The notes beneath the pieces were generated by a model. That model was given only the letters and a program-made list of their open reading frames with translations. It was not told the origin of the DNA and ran no database searches. A stretch of DNA of 63,701 bases, filler included, from Actinomycetota bacterium (GTDB taxonomy: Bacteria > Actinomycetota > CADDZG01 > JAHWKV01 > JAOPZY01), in assembly GCA_025963875.1 (NCBI GenBank). It is 7 parts of 7 records of this genome, joined end to end, with 100 filler letters (N's around TTAATTAATTAA, not from the genome) between each part and the next. Parts side by side here need not be neighbours in the genome. Positions count along the whole stretch, not along the records: positions 1 to 18,695 come from JAOPZY010000197.1; 6 more parts are not named here. One strand, written 5' to 3'. Below are positions 1 through 12,467 of this stretch, one piece after another; the first letter of the stretch is position 1, and every line of letters begins with the position of its first letter. The translations under genes were made by a program, and so were the position numbers.

Positions 1-2
1 CC

Positions 3-356
3 GTCGACATCCTCAAGATCGACCGCTGCTTCGTCTCGGGCCAGGCGTCGACCACCCCGTCCGTGCCCATGCTGGAGGGCATCATCGGGCTGGCGAACAA
101 GCTCTCCCTCGACGTGATCGCCGAAGGGATCGAAGAGCCCGAGCAGCTGGACCTCCTCCGCACCATCGGCTGCCACATGGGGCAGGGGTACCTCCTGGCC
201 CGCCCCGCCCCGCCGCAGCAGCTGGAAGCGCTGCTGGTCTCAGGTGGCCTGTTGCACGTTACCGCGGCGAATGCCACGTCCTACAGGTTGGCCGCCCTGG
301 CCTCCGCACATGCTGCCAACCCTGGGTCTCCGACCTCGGAGCGTTCAGGGCATTAG
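3..356 (+). CDS. EAL-domain c-di-GMP phosphodiesterase, C-terminal part (5' truncated)
   Basis: Frame open from window start: [11 protein letters not shown]...VIAEGIE...GQGYLLARP are EAL motifs. Confidence 0.9.
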   Translation, partial: VDILKIDRCFVSGQASTTPSVPMLEGIIGLANKLSLDVIAEGIEEPEQLDLLRTIGCHMGQGYLLARPAPPQQLEALLVSGGLLHVTAANATSYRLAALASAHAANPGSPTSERSGH

Positions 357-421
357 AGGTTCGCTCCGCCGCAAGACCGGTGACGTCCATGCCCTCCGCC
401 GCATGGCATGATGGCGCGTCC

Positions 422-1747
422 ATGAACGGCCCGAGCCTCGACACCATCGTGAACCTCGCCAAGCGGCGGGGCATCGCGTTCCAGTCCTCCGAGATCTACG
501 GAGGGCTGCGCTCGACGTACGACTACGGCCCGCTCGGGGTCGAGCTGAAGGACAACGTCAAACGGGCCTGGTGGCGGGCGATGGTGCAGCTCCGGGAGGA
601 CGTCGTGGGGCTCGACGCCTCCATCCTCATGCACCCAAGGGTCTGGGAGGCCTCCGGCCACGTCGAGTCGTTCACCGACCCCCTCATCGAGTGCATGAAC
701 TGCCACCACCGCTTCCGGGCCGACCACCTGCCCGACCCGCCGGTGTGCCCCGACTGCGGCAACCGGCAGTTCACCGACGCCCGCAACTTCAACCTCATGT
801 TCAAGACCTACGCCGGTCCGGTCGAGGACGCCGGGGCCCTCGTGTGGCTCCGCCCCGAGACCGCCCAGGGCATCTTCGTGGACTTCACCCAGGTGTTGGC
901 GAGCTCCCGCAAGAAGATCCCCTTCGGGATCGCCCAGCGGGGGAAGTCCTTCCGCAACGAGATCACGCCGGGCAACTTCATCTTCCGCACCCGCGAGTTC
1001 GAGCAGATGGAGATGGAATACTTCGTCAAGCCGGGGACGGACGAGGAGGCGCACCAGTACTGGATCGATGAGCGCTTCGACTGGTACCTGCGGCTGGGTA
1101 TCCGCAGGGAGAAGCTCCGGCTGCGGGAGCACGCCGCCGACGAGCTCTCCTTCTACTCGAAACGCACCGTCGACGTCGAGTACGAGTTCCCCTGGGGATG
1201 GGCCGAGCTGGAAGGCATCGCCAACCGCGGCGACTACGATCTCTCCCAGCACGCCAAATTCTCCGGCCAGGACCTCTCGTACTTCGATCAGGAGTCCCAG
1301 GAGCGCTACGTCCCCTACGTCATCGAGCCGGCCGCGGGGGCCGACCGCTGCCTGCTCGCATTCCTGGTCGACGCCTACCGGGAGGAGGAGGTGACCACCG
1401 CCTCCGGCAAGGTGGAGCGCCGCACCGTGCTCGCGCTCCACAAGGACCTCGCCCCGTACAAGGCAGCCGTCCTGCCCCTCTCGCGCCACGAGAACCTCGT
1501 TCCGCTGGCGAAGGAGGTCGCCTCGCTGCTGCGGCCGCGCTTCATGATCGACTACGACGACGCAGGGTCGATCGGCCGGCGATACCGCCGCCAGGACGAG
1601 ATCGGCACGCCGTACGCGGTGACGGTGGACTTCGAGTCGCTGGAGGACAACGCCGTCACGGTCCGCGACCGCGACACGATGGCGCAGGACCGGATCCCGA
1701 TTGCCGAACTGGTCGCCTATCTCAACGAAAGGCTGGTGGGGACATGA
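422..1747 (+). CDS. glyQS: Glycine--tRNA ligase (alpha2 type)
   Basis: [58 protein letters not shown] 422 preferred to GTG 380. Confidence 0.97.
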   Translation: MNGPSLDTIVNLAKRRGIAFQSSEIYGGLRSTYDYGPLGVELKDNVKRAWWRAMVQLREDVVGLDASILMHPRVWEASGHVESFTDPLIECMNCHHRFRADHLPDPPVCPDCGNRQFTDARNFNLMFKTYAGPVEDAGALVWLRPETAQGIFVDFTQVLASSRKKIPFGIAQRGKSFRNEITPGNFIFRTREFEQMEMEYFVKPGTDEEAHQYWIDERFDWYLRLGIRREKLRLREHAADELSFYSKRTVDVEYEFPWGWAELEGIANRGDYDLSQHAKFSGQDLSYFDQESQERYVPYVIEPAAGADRCLLAFLVDAYREEEVTTASGKVERRTVLALHKDLAPYKAAVLPLSRHENLVPLAKEVASLLRPRFMIDYDDAGSIGRRYRRQDEIGTPYAVTVDFESLEDNAVTVRDRDTMAQDRIPIAELVAYLNERLVGT

Positions 1748-2019
1748 GCACGGATGCCCAGATCGTGAATGGCAGCGTGGTCCGCGGGGGCGCCCCGATG
1801 GAGGGTGCGTATGTGCGAGTACTGGGGCCCTCGGGCGAGTTCGTCAACGAACGCCGCACCGGGCCCGAGGGCACGTTCAAGCTCCACCTGACCCCCGCCA
1901 CCTGGACGTTCATCGCCTTCGGCCCGGGGACCCCCCGCGTCGAGCGAGCGGTCACCATCGAGGCCGGGGCGGACCAAGACATCTCATTCGACCTGGGAGG
2001 ACCCGCAAGCGATGGCTAA
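1744..2019 (+). CDS. DUF1416/SseC-like small protein
   Basis: [40 protein letters not shown] overlap with the glyQS stop. Confidence 0.7.
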   Translation: MSTDAQIVNGSVVRGGAPMEGAYVRVLGPSGEFVNERRTGPEGTFKLHLTPATWTFIAFGPGTPRVERAVTIEAGADQDISFDLGGPASDG

Positions 2020-4762
2020 GGCAACGAAGACGACGGCGAAGAGAGTCGACACCGAACCAAAGTCAAAGAAGCCCCGGAGCCCGAAGTACGTCTACGACTT
2101 CGAGCAGGGCAACCGGAACATGAAGGACCTGCTCGGGGGGAAGGGCGCCAACCTCGGGGAGATGACCAACCTCGGCCTCCCCGTCCCACCCGGCTTCACC
2201 ATCACCACCGAGGCCTGCAACGAGTACCTGCGCCAGGGGGGCCTGCCCGAAGGTGTCATGGACGAGGTCACCCGGCACATGAAGGCTCTCGAGAAGAAGA
2301 TGGGCCGGCGCTTCGGCGATGCCAGGAACCCGCTGCTCGTCTCGGTGCGGTCGGGGGCTAAGTTCTCGATGCCCGGCATGATGGACACGGTCCTGAACCT
2401 GGGCCTCAACGACACCACGGTCGCCGGCCTCGCCGAGCACTACGGCGACGAGCGCTTCGCCGCCGATGCCTACCGCCGCTTCGTCCAGATGTTCGGCAAG
2501 ATCGTGATGGGCGTGGCCGGCGAGCGCTTCGAGCACGAGATCGACAAGGTGAAAAAGGCGAGGGGCGTCTCCTCCGACACCGAGCTCGGCGTCGAGGACC
2601 TCACGGGTCTGGTGACCCGCTTCAAGGAGATCGCCACCGCCGAGGCGGGCGTCGCGTTCCCCGACGATCCGATGACCCAGCTTGAGATGGCCATCCGGGC
2701 GGTGTTCGAGTCCTGGAACGGCGAGCGGGCCCGCATCTACCGCCGGAAGAACAAGATCCCGGATGACCTCGGCACCGCCGTCAACGTCGTCGCCATGGTG
2801 TTCGGCAATGCCGGCGAGAACTCCGGCACCGGCGTCGCCTTCACCCGCGACGCCTCGACCGGGGACAAAAAGTACCTTGCCGAGTACCTGACGCAGGCCC
2901 AGGGCGAGGACGTCGTCTCCGGCGCCCGGACCCCGCTGTCCCTCGACGAGCTCAAGCGCAGCGACCCGGCGTCCTACAAGGAGCTCGTCAAGGTCATGCA
3001 GACCCTTGAGCACCACTACCGGGACATGTGCGACATCGAGTTCACCGTCGAGCAGGGCAAGCTCTGGATGCTGCAGACCCGGATCGGCAAGCGGACCGCA
3101 GCCTCCGCGGTGAAGATCGCCGTGGACCTGGTCAAGGAGCGGCAGATCTCCAAGGAGGAGGCGGTCCTGCGGGTGGACCCGGCCGCCCTCGACCAGCTCC
3201 TGCACCCCCAGTGGGACCCCGAGGCCGAGATCCACGTCGTCGCCACGGGCCTCAACGCCTCGCCCGGCGCCGCTGCCGGCAAGGCGGTCTTCGACGCCAA
3301 GACGGCCCAGGAGTGGGCGGCCGCCGGCGACCGCGTCATCCTCGTGCGGCCGATGACCGAGCCCGACGATGTCGGCGGGATGTACGCCTCCCAGGGCATC
3401 CTCACGTCCCGGGGCGGGAAGACCTCCCACGCCGCGGTCGTGGCCAGGGGCGCCGGCAAGCCGTGCGTCTGCGGGGCCGAGTCCCTGCACATCGATCTCA
3501 CGAAGCGACGCTTCACGGTGGGCGACACCACGGTCAAGGAGGGCGACGTCATCGCCATCGACGGCTCGACCGGCCGGGTGGCGGTGGGCGACGTGCCGCT
3601 GGTCCAGCCCCGGCTCTCCGGTGATCTCGAGAAGGTCCTCAAGTGGGCAGACGCCATCCGCCGCCTCAAGGTCCGCACCAACGCCGACACCCCCGAGGAC
3701 TCAGCGAAGGCCCGGGCGTTCGGCGCCGAGGGCATCGGGCTGGCTCGCACCGAGCACATGTTCCTCGGGGACCGGCTCCCGGTGGTCCAGCGCATGATCC
3801 TCGCCCGGACCCCGGAGGAGGAGCAGGCGGCCCTCACCGAGCTGCTCGGTCTCCAGCGGGGGGACTTCGCCGGCATCTTCGAGGCGATGAGCGGCCTTCC
3901 GGTCACGATCCGCCTCCTCGACCCGCCGCTGCACGAGTTCCTGCCGTCCTCCAAGGAGCTTGAGCTCGCCATCAAGCAGCTGGAGTTCGACCTCAAGTCA
4001 GTTCCCGGCGACGAGCGGGCGCGCCTCGAGAAGGAACTTGCCGAGAAGGTCGACCTGCTCGGCACCGTGGAGCGCCTGGAGGAGTCCAACCCCATGCTCG
4101 GCATGCGGGGCGTGCGCCTCGGCGTCGCCCGGCCCGGCCTCTACGCCATGCAGGTGCGGGCCATCATGGAGGCCGCCTGCGATGTCAAGGAGAAGGGTGG
4201 GCGGCCCGTGGTCGAGATCATGATCCCGCTCGTCGCCGTGCGGGAGGAGCTCGAGATGATGCGGGCCGAGGCCGAGGGCGTGATCGCCGATGTCCTCAAG
4301 GAGCGCCGCAAGAAGATCGACGTCCTCATCGGGACGATGATCGAGCTCCCCCGGGCGGCCCTGGTCGCCGGCGAGATCGCCGAGGCCGCCCAGTTCTTCT
4401 CCTTCGGCACCAACGACCTCACGCAGACCACCTACGGATTCTCCCGGGACGACGTCGAGGGCAAGTTCCTCTCGAAGTACCTCGAGCTCGGGCTCCTCAA
4501 GGCCAACCCCTTCGAGACCCTCGACCAGTACGGGGTGGGCCGGCTCATCAGGATCGCCGTCGCCGAGGGGAGGGCCGCCAGGCCCGGCCTCAAGGTGGGC
4601 ATCTGCGGGGAGCACGGGGGTGATCCCGCCTCGGTGGAGTTCTGCCACGCGGCAGGCCTCGACTACGTCTCCTGCTCGCCCTTCCGGGTCCCGGTGGCCC
4701 GCCTGGCGGCGGCCCACGCAGCCCTCAAGGAATCGGGAGTGGGGGGCTCGGAGACGCGCTGA
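2012..4762 (+). CDS. ppdK: Pyruvate, phosphate dikinase
   Basis: LLGGKGANL, SVRSGAKFSMPGMMDT, GGKTSHAAVVAR, FSFGTNDLTQ, GICGEHGG. Confidence 0.98.
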   Translation: MAKATKTTAKRVDTEPKSKKPRSPKYVYDFEQGNRNMKDLLGGKGANLGEMTNLGLPVPPGFTITTEACNEYLRQGGLPEGVMDEVTRHMKALEKKMGRRFGDARNPLLVSVRSGAKFSMPGMMDTVLNLGLNDTTVAGLAEHYGDERFAADAYRRFVQMFGKIVMGVAGERFEHEIDKVKKARGVSSDTELGVEDLTGLVTRFKEIATAEAGVAFPDDPMTQLEMAIRAVFESWNGERARIYRRKNKIPDDLGTAVNVVAMVFGNAGENSGTGVAFTRDASTGDKKYLAEYLTQAQGEDVVSGARTPLSLDELKRSDPASYKELVKVMQTLEHHYRDMCDIEFTVEQGKLWMLQTRIGKRTAASAVKIAVDLVKERQISKEEAVLRVDPAALDQLLHPQWDPEAEIHVVATGLNASPGAAAGKAVFDAKTAQEWAAAGDRVILVRPMTEPDDVGGMYASQGILTSRGGKTSHAAVVARGAGKPCVCGAESLHIDLTKRRFTVGDTTVKEGDVIAIDGSTGRVAVGDVPLVQPRLSGDLEKVLKWADAIRRLKVRTNADTPEDSAKARAFGAEGIGLARTEHMFLGDRLPVVQRMILARTPEEEQAALTELLGLQRGDFAGIFEAMSGLPVTIRLLDPPLHEFLPSSKELELAIKQLEFDLKSVPGDERARLEKELAEKVDLLGTVERLEESNPMLGMRGVRLGVARPGLYAMQVRAIMEAACDVKEKGGRPVVEIMIPLVAVREELEMMRAEAEGVIADVLKERRKKIDVLIGTMIELPRAALVAGEIAEAAQFFSFGTNDLTQTTYGFSRDDVEGKFLSKYLELGLLKANPFETLDQYGVGRLIRIAVAEGRAARPGLKVGICGEHGGDPASVEFCHAAGLDYVSCSPFRVPVARLAAAHAALKESGVGGSETR

Positions 4763-4845
4763 GCGGCGCCAGGCGGCGAGAGGATCCGGCCGGGCCCGAC
4801 GTCTCGCTCGACGTCTCACTGGCCCGGCCGGTCGAGATCGCCTGG

Positions 4846-5385
4846 ATGATGGCGGCGCTGTCCCACGCCCTGGTGGAGATCCTGGGCGTCCCCTCGGCGC
4901 CGCTGCTGGCGCTGACCGAGTTGAACGATGCGGTGCTGCGCGTGCCCTGGCTGGGGCGCATCCGCAACGCCGACGCCCCGGCGTTCTCGGTGGGCCTGGA
5001 GGGCATCGAGGAGGATGCCGTGGAGATCTTCCTGTCGGAGGAGACCGAGCCGCTGCCCGGCGAACCCGGGGCCTTCCGGGTCCCGCATCTCGACGAGGGC
5101 GGCTTCCGGCCCGGCATGCACGCGTTGGTCCGGCCGGCGGGCTCGCTGCTCGGCCACGCCGTTGCCGCCGCGGTCGCCGTGGCCCTGGCCGACGAGGCCG
5201 GCGGCGTGATCACCGACGGGACAGAGGGCTGGGTGGAGGCCTCGGGCGGCTCGGCGATGCACCTCCCGGACGAGTTCCTCGGCGCCCTGCGCTCCGACCG
5301 GCGCTATGCCAGCGTCACCGACGGCGCAACGGCCCTGCTGGCCCGCTGCCCGGGGAAGCGAGCGAAACCGGCCCCAACCGGCTGA
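4846..5385 (+). CDS. Hypothetical protein
   Basis: 179-aa ORF with host-like codon usage after ppdK; start uncertain. Confidence 0.55.
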   Translation: MMAALSHALVEILGVPSAPLLALTELNDAVLRVPWLGRIRNADAPAFSVGLEGIEEDAVEIFLSEETEPLPGEPGAFRVPHLDEGGFRPGMHALVRPAGSLLGHAVAAAVAVALADEAGGVITDGTEGWVEASGGSAMHLPDEFLGALRSDRRYASVTDGATALLARCPGKRAKPAPTG

Positions 5386-5702
5386 CCGACCGGGGCGCGG
5401 GGCCGTGTGAGAAGCGTGATGATTTTCGGTTCCTGGCAGGGATTGTCTCCGGACTTCCGCGCCCGCCAGTGCCCGGAGGAGAAGGTGAGGACTCCAGCGC
5501 GCGCATGCGCGCGATCTGCTCCTGACATCGGGCCAGGGCCGGGCCCCCAGGCGCTGGTGTACATGGGAACAGGGGGGACCTGAGGGCCAGATTGAACCAA
5601 AAACTGTGGTTTCCGCAGTTTTGGTGCAAACATCAATTCGCGACAGCCCGCTGGAGAAAGTTCTCTCTTCACACTTCACGCCTGCTGTGCCTTAATTGTC
5701 CA

Positions 5703-6572
5703 ATGAGCGACGGGGGCGCTCCGCATCGGTTCGTCGGGCGCCGGCAGTTCCTTCAGGGCGCGGGAGCCTTCGGCTTGCTCACGTTCGTCCCTCCCGTTCG
5801 CTTGAGCAGGCTCATGGCCGCAGCGCCGGCTCCCGGAGCCGCCGGGCGGTTCCTGACCGCCCACGAGCTCGACACGCTCCGGGCCCTCTGCAAGCGCCTG
5901 ATTCCCGGTCCCCCGGACGACCCCGATCCCGGCGCGGGCGAGGCAATGGTGGCGGAGGCCATTGACCTGCTCCTCGGGGCCTTCTCGCTCACGCCGCCGC
6001 TGATCCACGCGGGTGGGCCGTTCTCCAATCGGGCGGGCGCAAGCGAGGACGACTTCGCCGACTTCGTGCCGCTGGACAGCCACGCCGAGCTGGGCTGGCG
6101 CATCCGGCTCGAAGGCTCCCTCGGGCGCCCGGAGCGGGAATTCGCAGGTCCCGTGGTCGGGCTCCAGCAGATCTACCGCGAGGGCCTGGCGCACCTGGAC
6201 CAGCAGGCCCGCTCGGGCTACGGCGTCGCCTTCGCCGATGCTCCCACCCAGGCGCAGGACGCCCTGCTCGCCGATCCGAACGACGCCGCCACCCAGGCCT
6301 TCGTCCCGGTTGCCTTCGCCAACAGCCTGGAGGCGATGTACGGGCCTCCCGAGTACGGAGGCAACCACGGGCTGGCGGGTTGGGGGTACACCCGCTGGCT
6401 CGGCGACGTCCAGCCCCGCGGCTACCGCGACGACGAGGTCACCGGCCCGGACCCCGCCACGGCTGGCGGGCCCGCCGACAAGGCGCTGCCGCTGATCCCG
6501 CCGGGCTCTCTCAAGCCGGCATCGCGCGACGAGTTCTGGCTGGGGCGGCAGGCCATGCTCAGGGGGCGCTGA
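5703..6572 (+). CDS. Gluconate 2-dehydrogenase subunit 3 family protein with Tat signal
   Basis: GRRQFLQG twin-arginine motif; FLTAHELDTLRALCKRLIP; PEYGGNHGLAGW. Confidence 0.85.
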   Translation: MSDGGAPHRFVGRRQFLQGAGAFGLLTFVPPVRLSRLMAAAPAPGAAGRFLTAHELDTLRALCKRLIPGPPDDPDPGAGEAMVAEAIDLLLGAFSLTPPLIHAGGPFSNRAGASEDDFADFVPLDSHAELGWRIRLEGSLGRPEREFAGPVVGLQQIYREGLAHLDQQARSGYGVAFADAPTQAQDALLADPNDAATQAFVPVAFANSLEAMYGPPEYGGNHGLAGWGYTRWLGDVQPRGYRDDEVTGPDPATAGGPADKALPLIPPGSLKPASRDEFWLGRQAMLRGR

Positions 6573-8263
6573 TGCCCTCCGCCATCGTGGTGGGTTCGGG
6601 GGCGGGCGGCAGCGTCGCCGCCCTGGAACTGGTTCGTGCCGGCTTCGACGTGCTGGTGCTCGAGAAGGGCCGCAACCTGCTCCCTGGCCTCGGAGGGTCT
6701 CGGCCGGTGGGGTCGCTGTTCGGCAACGACGAGGTGAAGGCGGGCCGCTGGTTCGAGAACCAGGACATCGTGCTCGAGCCACGGACGTCGCGCACCCAGG
6801 CCGAGGCGCAACAAGGGGTGGCGCGGTCGTTCATCGGCGACGTCAACACCCTCCCGACGACCGTCGGTGGCGGCACCGTGCACTGGGACGCGAAGACGCC
6901 AAGGTTCTGGAAGCAGGACTTCGCCGGCCGGAGCCTCTACGGGCCGGTGCCGGGAGCCAACCTCGCCGACTGGCCCCTGTCCTACGAGGACCTCGAACCC
7001 TTCTACGACGAGATCGAGCGCCGGCTCGGTGTCCAGGGCGACGTCGGGGCCATGCCGGCAGCCACGCTGGCCCAGGCTCCCCGGCGGCACCAGTTCGTGA
7101 TGCCTCCCAACCCTCCCATGTACGCCGGCACCCTCTTCGCCCAGGGCGCGGCGGCGGCCGGCTACCACGCCTACCCCTTCCCGATGGCCATCAACTCCAC
7201 CGAATTCGACGGCCGCCCCCGATGCAACTCCTGCGGGTTCTGCTCGGGGTTCGGATGCCCGATCAACGCGAGAGGCGGCGCTGCGCTCAACTTCCTGCAC
7301 CCGGCGATCAGGGCAGGGGCCGAGCTGCGGGCCCGGACCCTCGCGTTCCGGATCGACCTCAACGCCAAAGGCACGGCCGCGCGGGGCGTGAGCTATCTCG
7401 ACGACCGTGGCCGGATCCACCACGAGCAGGCCGATGTCGTGATCGTGGCCGCCTCTGCCATCGAGACGGCTCGCCTCCTGCTGCTCTCGGCGACCAGCCA
7501 TGCCGCTCACCGCGAGGGCCTCGGCAACCGCTCGGGACAGCTGGGAGCCAACCTGATGTTCCACTTCTTCACCCTGGCCGCGGCCAGCTTCGCTTCCAAC
7601 GTCCACGCGTGGCGGGGGCCGTCGAGCACGTTCACGCTGGACGACCTTGTCGGCCCGTTCCGGGGACCGGAGGCTCGGGCGGCAGGGATGCCCTACCTGA
7701 AGGGCGGCAACTGCGAGGTCGGAGCGGGTGTCCTGCTGCTCGCCGAAGCGCAGCTCTACGCATCGCTGCAGGGCCTCGTGGGCGCCCCCCACAAGGACGC
7801 CATGCGGGCGTCCGGATTCCGGGAGCATCTGGCGGCCATCCAGCTGGTGGGGGAGGACATGCCGCAGCTCGGGAACCGGGTCGACCTCGATCCGGGCATC
7901 CGTGACGTGTACGGTTTCCCCGTCCCTCGCATCACGCACTCATCGCACCCGTTCGAGCTTGCGTCGTCGGACTTCCTCGGACCCAAGCTCACCGCGATCT
8001 GCGACGCAAGCCCGGGCGTCGTGGCAAGCCAGGTGCTGCCGACCGCCAGCGTCGGTGGTCCCGTCGGTACCGCCCACATCATGGGGACCGCCCGGATGGG
8101 CCACGACCCCTCGTCCTCGGTCGTGGACCCCTGGGGACTCATCCACGACCTGGACAACGTCTACCTCGCCGACGGGTCGGTCTTCGTCTCCGCCGGGGGG
8201 TTCAACCCCACCCTGACGATCATGGCCCTCTCGCTGCGCATGGCCCGCCGTCTCGCCGGTTGA
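6572..8263 (+). CDS. GMC-family FAD oxidoreductase (large subunit)
   Basis: VVGSGAGG, VGGGTVHW, CNSCGFCSGFGC, HIMGTARMG, NPTLTIMAL; TGATG coupling. Confidence 0.92.
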   Translation: MPSAIVVGSGAGGSVAALELVRAGFDVLVLEKGRNLLPGLGGSRPVGSLFGNDEVKAGRWFENQDIVLEPRTSRTQAEAQQGVARSFIGDVNTLPTTVGGGTVHWDAKTPRFWKQDFAGRSLYGPVPGANLADWPLSYEDLEPFYDEIERRLGVQGDVGAMPAATLAQAPRRHQFVMPPNPPMYAGTLFAQGAAAAGYHAYPFPMAINSTEFDGRPRCNSCGFCSGFGCPINARGGAALNFLHPAIRAGAELRARTLAFRIDLNAKGTAARGVSYLDDRGRIHHEQADVVIVAASAIETARLLLLSATSHAAHREGLGNRSGQLGANLMFHFFTLAAASFASNVHAWRGPSSTFTLDDLVGPFRGPEARAAGMPYLKGGNCEVGAGVLLLAEAQLYASLQGLVGAPHKDAMRASGFREHLAAIQLVGEDMPQLGNRVDLDPGIRDVYGFPVPRITHSSHPFELASSDFLGPKLTAICDASPGVVASQVLPTASVGGPVGTAHIMGTARMGHDPSSSVVDPWGLIHDLDNVYLADGSVFVSAGGFNPTLTIMALSLRMARRLAG

Positions 8264-8281
8264 GGCGGTACTGTTGGCCGC

Positions 8282-9289
8282 GTGGACACGCGCCGGCTGA
8301 CGTTCGTCAGGGAGCAGATCGAGGCGGCTGAGGAAACCCGGCTCTCCCCGTACGCCATGCGCTCGGCCCGGTCCCGCGGCAGGCAGGTCCCCGAGGAGCC
8401 CCATCCGCTCCGGACCGCCTTTCAGCGGGACCGCGACCGCATCCTGCACGCCAAGGCCTTCCGCCGGCTGGCGCACAAGACCCAGGTCTTCCTTGCGCCC
8501 GAGGGCGACCACCTCCGGGTCCGCCTCACCCACACCCTCGAGGTCACCCAGGTCGCCCGCACCATCGCCCGGGCCCTCCAGCTCAACGAGGACCTGGCGG
8601 AGGCCATCTGCCTCGGCCACGACCTCGGCCACACGCCGTTCGGGCATCTCGGCGAGGACGTCCTGTCGGAGTTCCTCGGCCGGCCCTTCCGCCACAACGA
8701 GCAGTCCCTGCGCATCGTCGACTGCCTGGAGACCCGGGCGGGCCATCCGGGCCTGAACCTGACGTGGGAGGTCCGGGACGGCATCCTGAACCACACCTGG
8801 TCGATGCCGCCGCCCGCCACCCTCGAGGCGCAGATCGCCCGCTACGCCGACCGGATCGCCTACGTGAACCACGACATCGACGATGCCCTCCGTGCCGGGG
8901 TCCTGCGGCCGGGTGACCTTCCCGACATCACGCGCCGGGTCCTCGGCGACACGTCCTCCGACCGCGTGGACGCCATGGTCGGGGCCGTCGTCGAGGCGAG
9001 CCTCGGCCAGCCCCAGGTGCAGATGCGCGACGAGGAGCTGGCGGCGATGCTCGAGACGCGCACCTTCCTGTTCCTGAACGTCTACCAGCGGCCGGAGATC
9101 GTCCCCGAGGTCGAGAGCGCCCGCATCACCCTGCGGACCGTCTGCGACTGGTACCGGGCGCACCCCGAGGCGCTCCCGGAGGAGGGCGTCCCGGACACGG
9201 CGCCCGACGTCGCCGTGGTGGACTATGTAGCCGGCATGACCGACCGGTTTGCCCTTCGCGAGTTCGAGAGGATCGGGCTGAAAGTTTGA
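8282..9289 (+). CDS. dgt: Deoxyguanosinetriphosphate triphosphohydrolase (HD)
   Basis: FQRDRDRILH, RLTHTLEV, GHDLGHTPFGH, DYVAGMTD. Confidence 0.93.
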   Translation: MDTRRLTFVREQIEAAEETRLSPYAMRSARSRGRQVPEEPHPLRTAFQRDRDRILHAKAFRRLAHKTQVFLAPEGDHLRVRLTHTLEVTQVARTIARALQLNEDLAEAICLGHDLGHTPFGHLGEDVLSEFLGRPFRHNEQSLRIVDCLETRAGHPGLNLTWEVRDGILNHTWSMPPPATLEAQIARYADRIAYVNHDIDDALRAGVLRPGDLPDITRRVLGDTSSDRVDAMVGAVVEASLGQPQVQMRDEELAAMLETRTFLFLNVYQRPEIVPEVESARITLRTVCDWYRAHPEALPEEGVPDTAPDVAVVDYVAGMTDRFALREFERIGLKV

Positions 9290-9474
9290 GAGAAGAGCGG
9301 GATGGCAGCTGGTTCGGCCCTCTGATCAAGTTCGCGCTCGTTGTGGGGGTGATCCTTCTCGTCCTCAGCCTTGTCGCCGGCATCCTGCACTTCCTGTTCG
9401 TGGTGGCGATCGTCTGGCTCGTCTGCTCCATCGCCCTGAGTGCCTACCGCCTCGGCAGGCGCCGGGGGCCGTAG
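9286..9474 (+). CDS. Small two-helix membrane protein
   Basis: Hydrophobic 62-aa ORF exactly filling the dgt-dnaG gap. Confidence 0.6.
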   Translation: MREERDGSWFGPLIKFALVVGVILLVLSLVAGILHFLFVVAIVWLVCSIALSAYRLGRRRGP

Positions 9475-11224
9475 ATGCCAGGTCGCTTCATGGAGCAGGA
9501 CCTCGCCGAGGTGCGGGAGCGCGCCAACCTCGTCGAGGTCATCTCGGCCCACACCCAGCTCCGCAAAGCCGGCCCCCGCACGTTCAAGGGCCTCTGCCCG
9601 TTCCACCAGGAGAAGACGCCGTCGTTCACCGTCGACCCGGCCAAGCAGGTCTACTACTGCTTCGGCTGCGGCGCCGGGGGCGACGTCTTCGATTTCCTCC
9701 GGGGCGTCGAGGGCCTCTCGTTCACCGAGGCAGCCGAGCGCCTGGCGACCCGGCTCGGGATCACGCTCCGGTCCGAGGCGGGGGCCGCCCCAGCCGCCGG
9801 CAGCGGCCGGCGCCGGCTCATGGACGCCGCCAAGGCCGCCGCCGCCTACTTCACAGACCTGCTTGCCCACTCACCCCAGGCGGAAGTTGCCCGCCGCTAC
9901 GTCCAGTCCAGGGGCTTCTCGCAGGACGACGCAAGGGCCTGGGCACTCGGGTACGCACCGGCCGGCAGGGACACCCTCTACCGCCACCTGCTCGGATTGA
10001 AGTTCACGCCCGACCAGATCGTGGAGGCGGGCCTCGCCCTCGTCACCGAGTCTGGCGAGCACCGGGACCGGTTCCGCGGCCGGCTCGTGTTCCCGATCGC
10101 GGATCTCTCCGGCGACGTCGTCGGCTTCGGCGCCCGTGCCCTGGGCGACGAGCCGCCCAAGTACCTGAACTCCCCGGAGACGGCGCTCTACCACAAGAGC
10201 AAGCTCCTCTACGGGCTCGACCGGGCCAAGAAGGAGATGGTCCGCGCAGGCCTGGCGGTGGTGTGTGAGGGCTACACCGACGTGATGGGGCTGCACAAGG
10301 TGGGGGTGACCTCGGCGGTGGCGACGTGTGGGACCGCGCTCGGCGAGGACCACTTCGCCACCGTCAAGCGCTTCTGCGACCGGGTCATCCTGGCCTTCGA
10401 CTCCGATGCGGCCGGCTCCTTCGCGTCGGAGCGGGGGTTCGGCATCGATGCGAAGGTCGGCGTCGAGGTCCTGGTGGCCCTGCTACCGGAGGGCAAGGAC
10501 CCGGCCGACCTCGCCCTGGCACCGGAGCCGGAAGGCGGGGCCGCGGCCGTCGAGGAGGTCATCAAGGCGGCGGTGCCGCTGCGGTGGTTCATGATCGAGG
10601 CGGTGCTGCGCCGGCACCGCCTCGACACGCCCGAGAGCAAGGGCAAGGCTCTCCGCGACCTCGTCCCTGTGCTCAGCAGCGAGCCCAGCCGGGTGGTACG
10701 AGGCGAGTACGCCTTCCGCATCGCCAGGCTGCTCGGCGTGGACGAGCGGACGGTGCAGCAGGAGATCTCGGAGCTGGGTCGCGCCGCCCCCGCCAGCACA
10801 GCCCGCCGCAGGGAGAGCCTCCCCGGCCACGTGCGCCTGGAGCGGGAGGCGCTCGCCCTGCTGCTGGACTCCCCCCGGCGCCTCGACCAGGTCGAGGACT
10901 GGGTGACCGAGGACCATTTCACCCTCCCCGAGCACCGGCTGCTGCTGCGGGGCCTGCTGGCCGGCTCAAGGACCGGCTCGACTGCGACGATACTTGAACA
11001 GCTGCCGGACGACGACACCCGGCGGCTGGGGGCTGAGCTCTCGCTCACCTCCGGCACCAACGAGTCCGTGGAGGAAGTCTTCATGCGCTTGGAGGAGTTC
11101 CGGCTGCAACGGCAGATCCAGTCGCTACGGGCTACACTCGGACGGCTCGAACCAGGGGCAGACCCGGCCGGCTCCGACTCGCTCTTCGAGGAGCTGATGC
11201 GGCTGGAATCACAGCGGAGGCGCT

Positions 11225-11238
<14 letters not shown>
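9475..11238 (+). CDS. dnaG: DNA primase
   Basis: CPFH..CFGC zinc finger, [21 protein letters not shown]. Confidence 0.97.
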
Positions 11239-12463
<1,225 letters not shown>

Positions 12464-12467
12464 CGGG

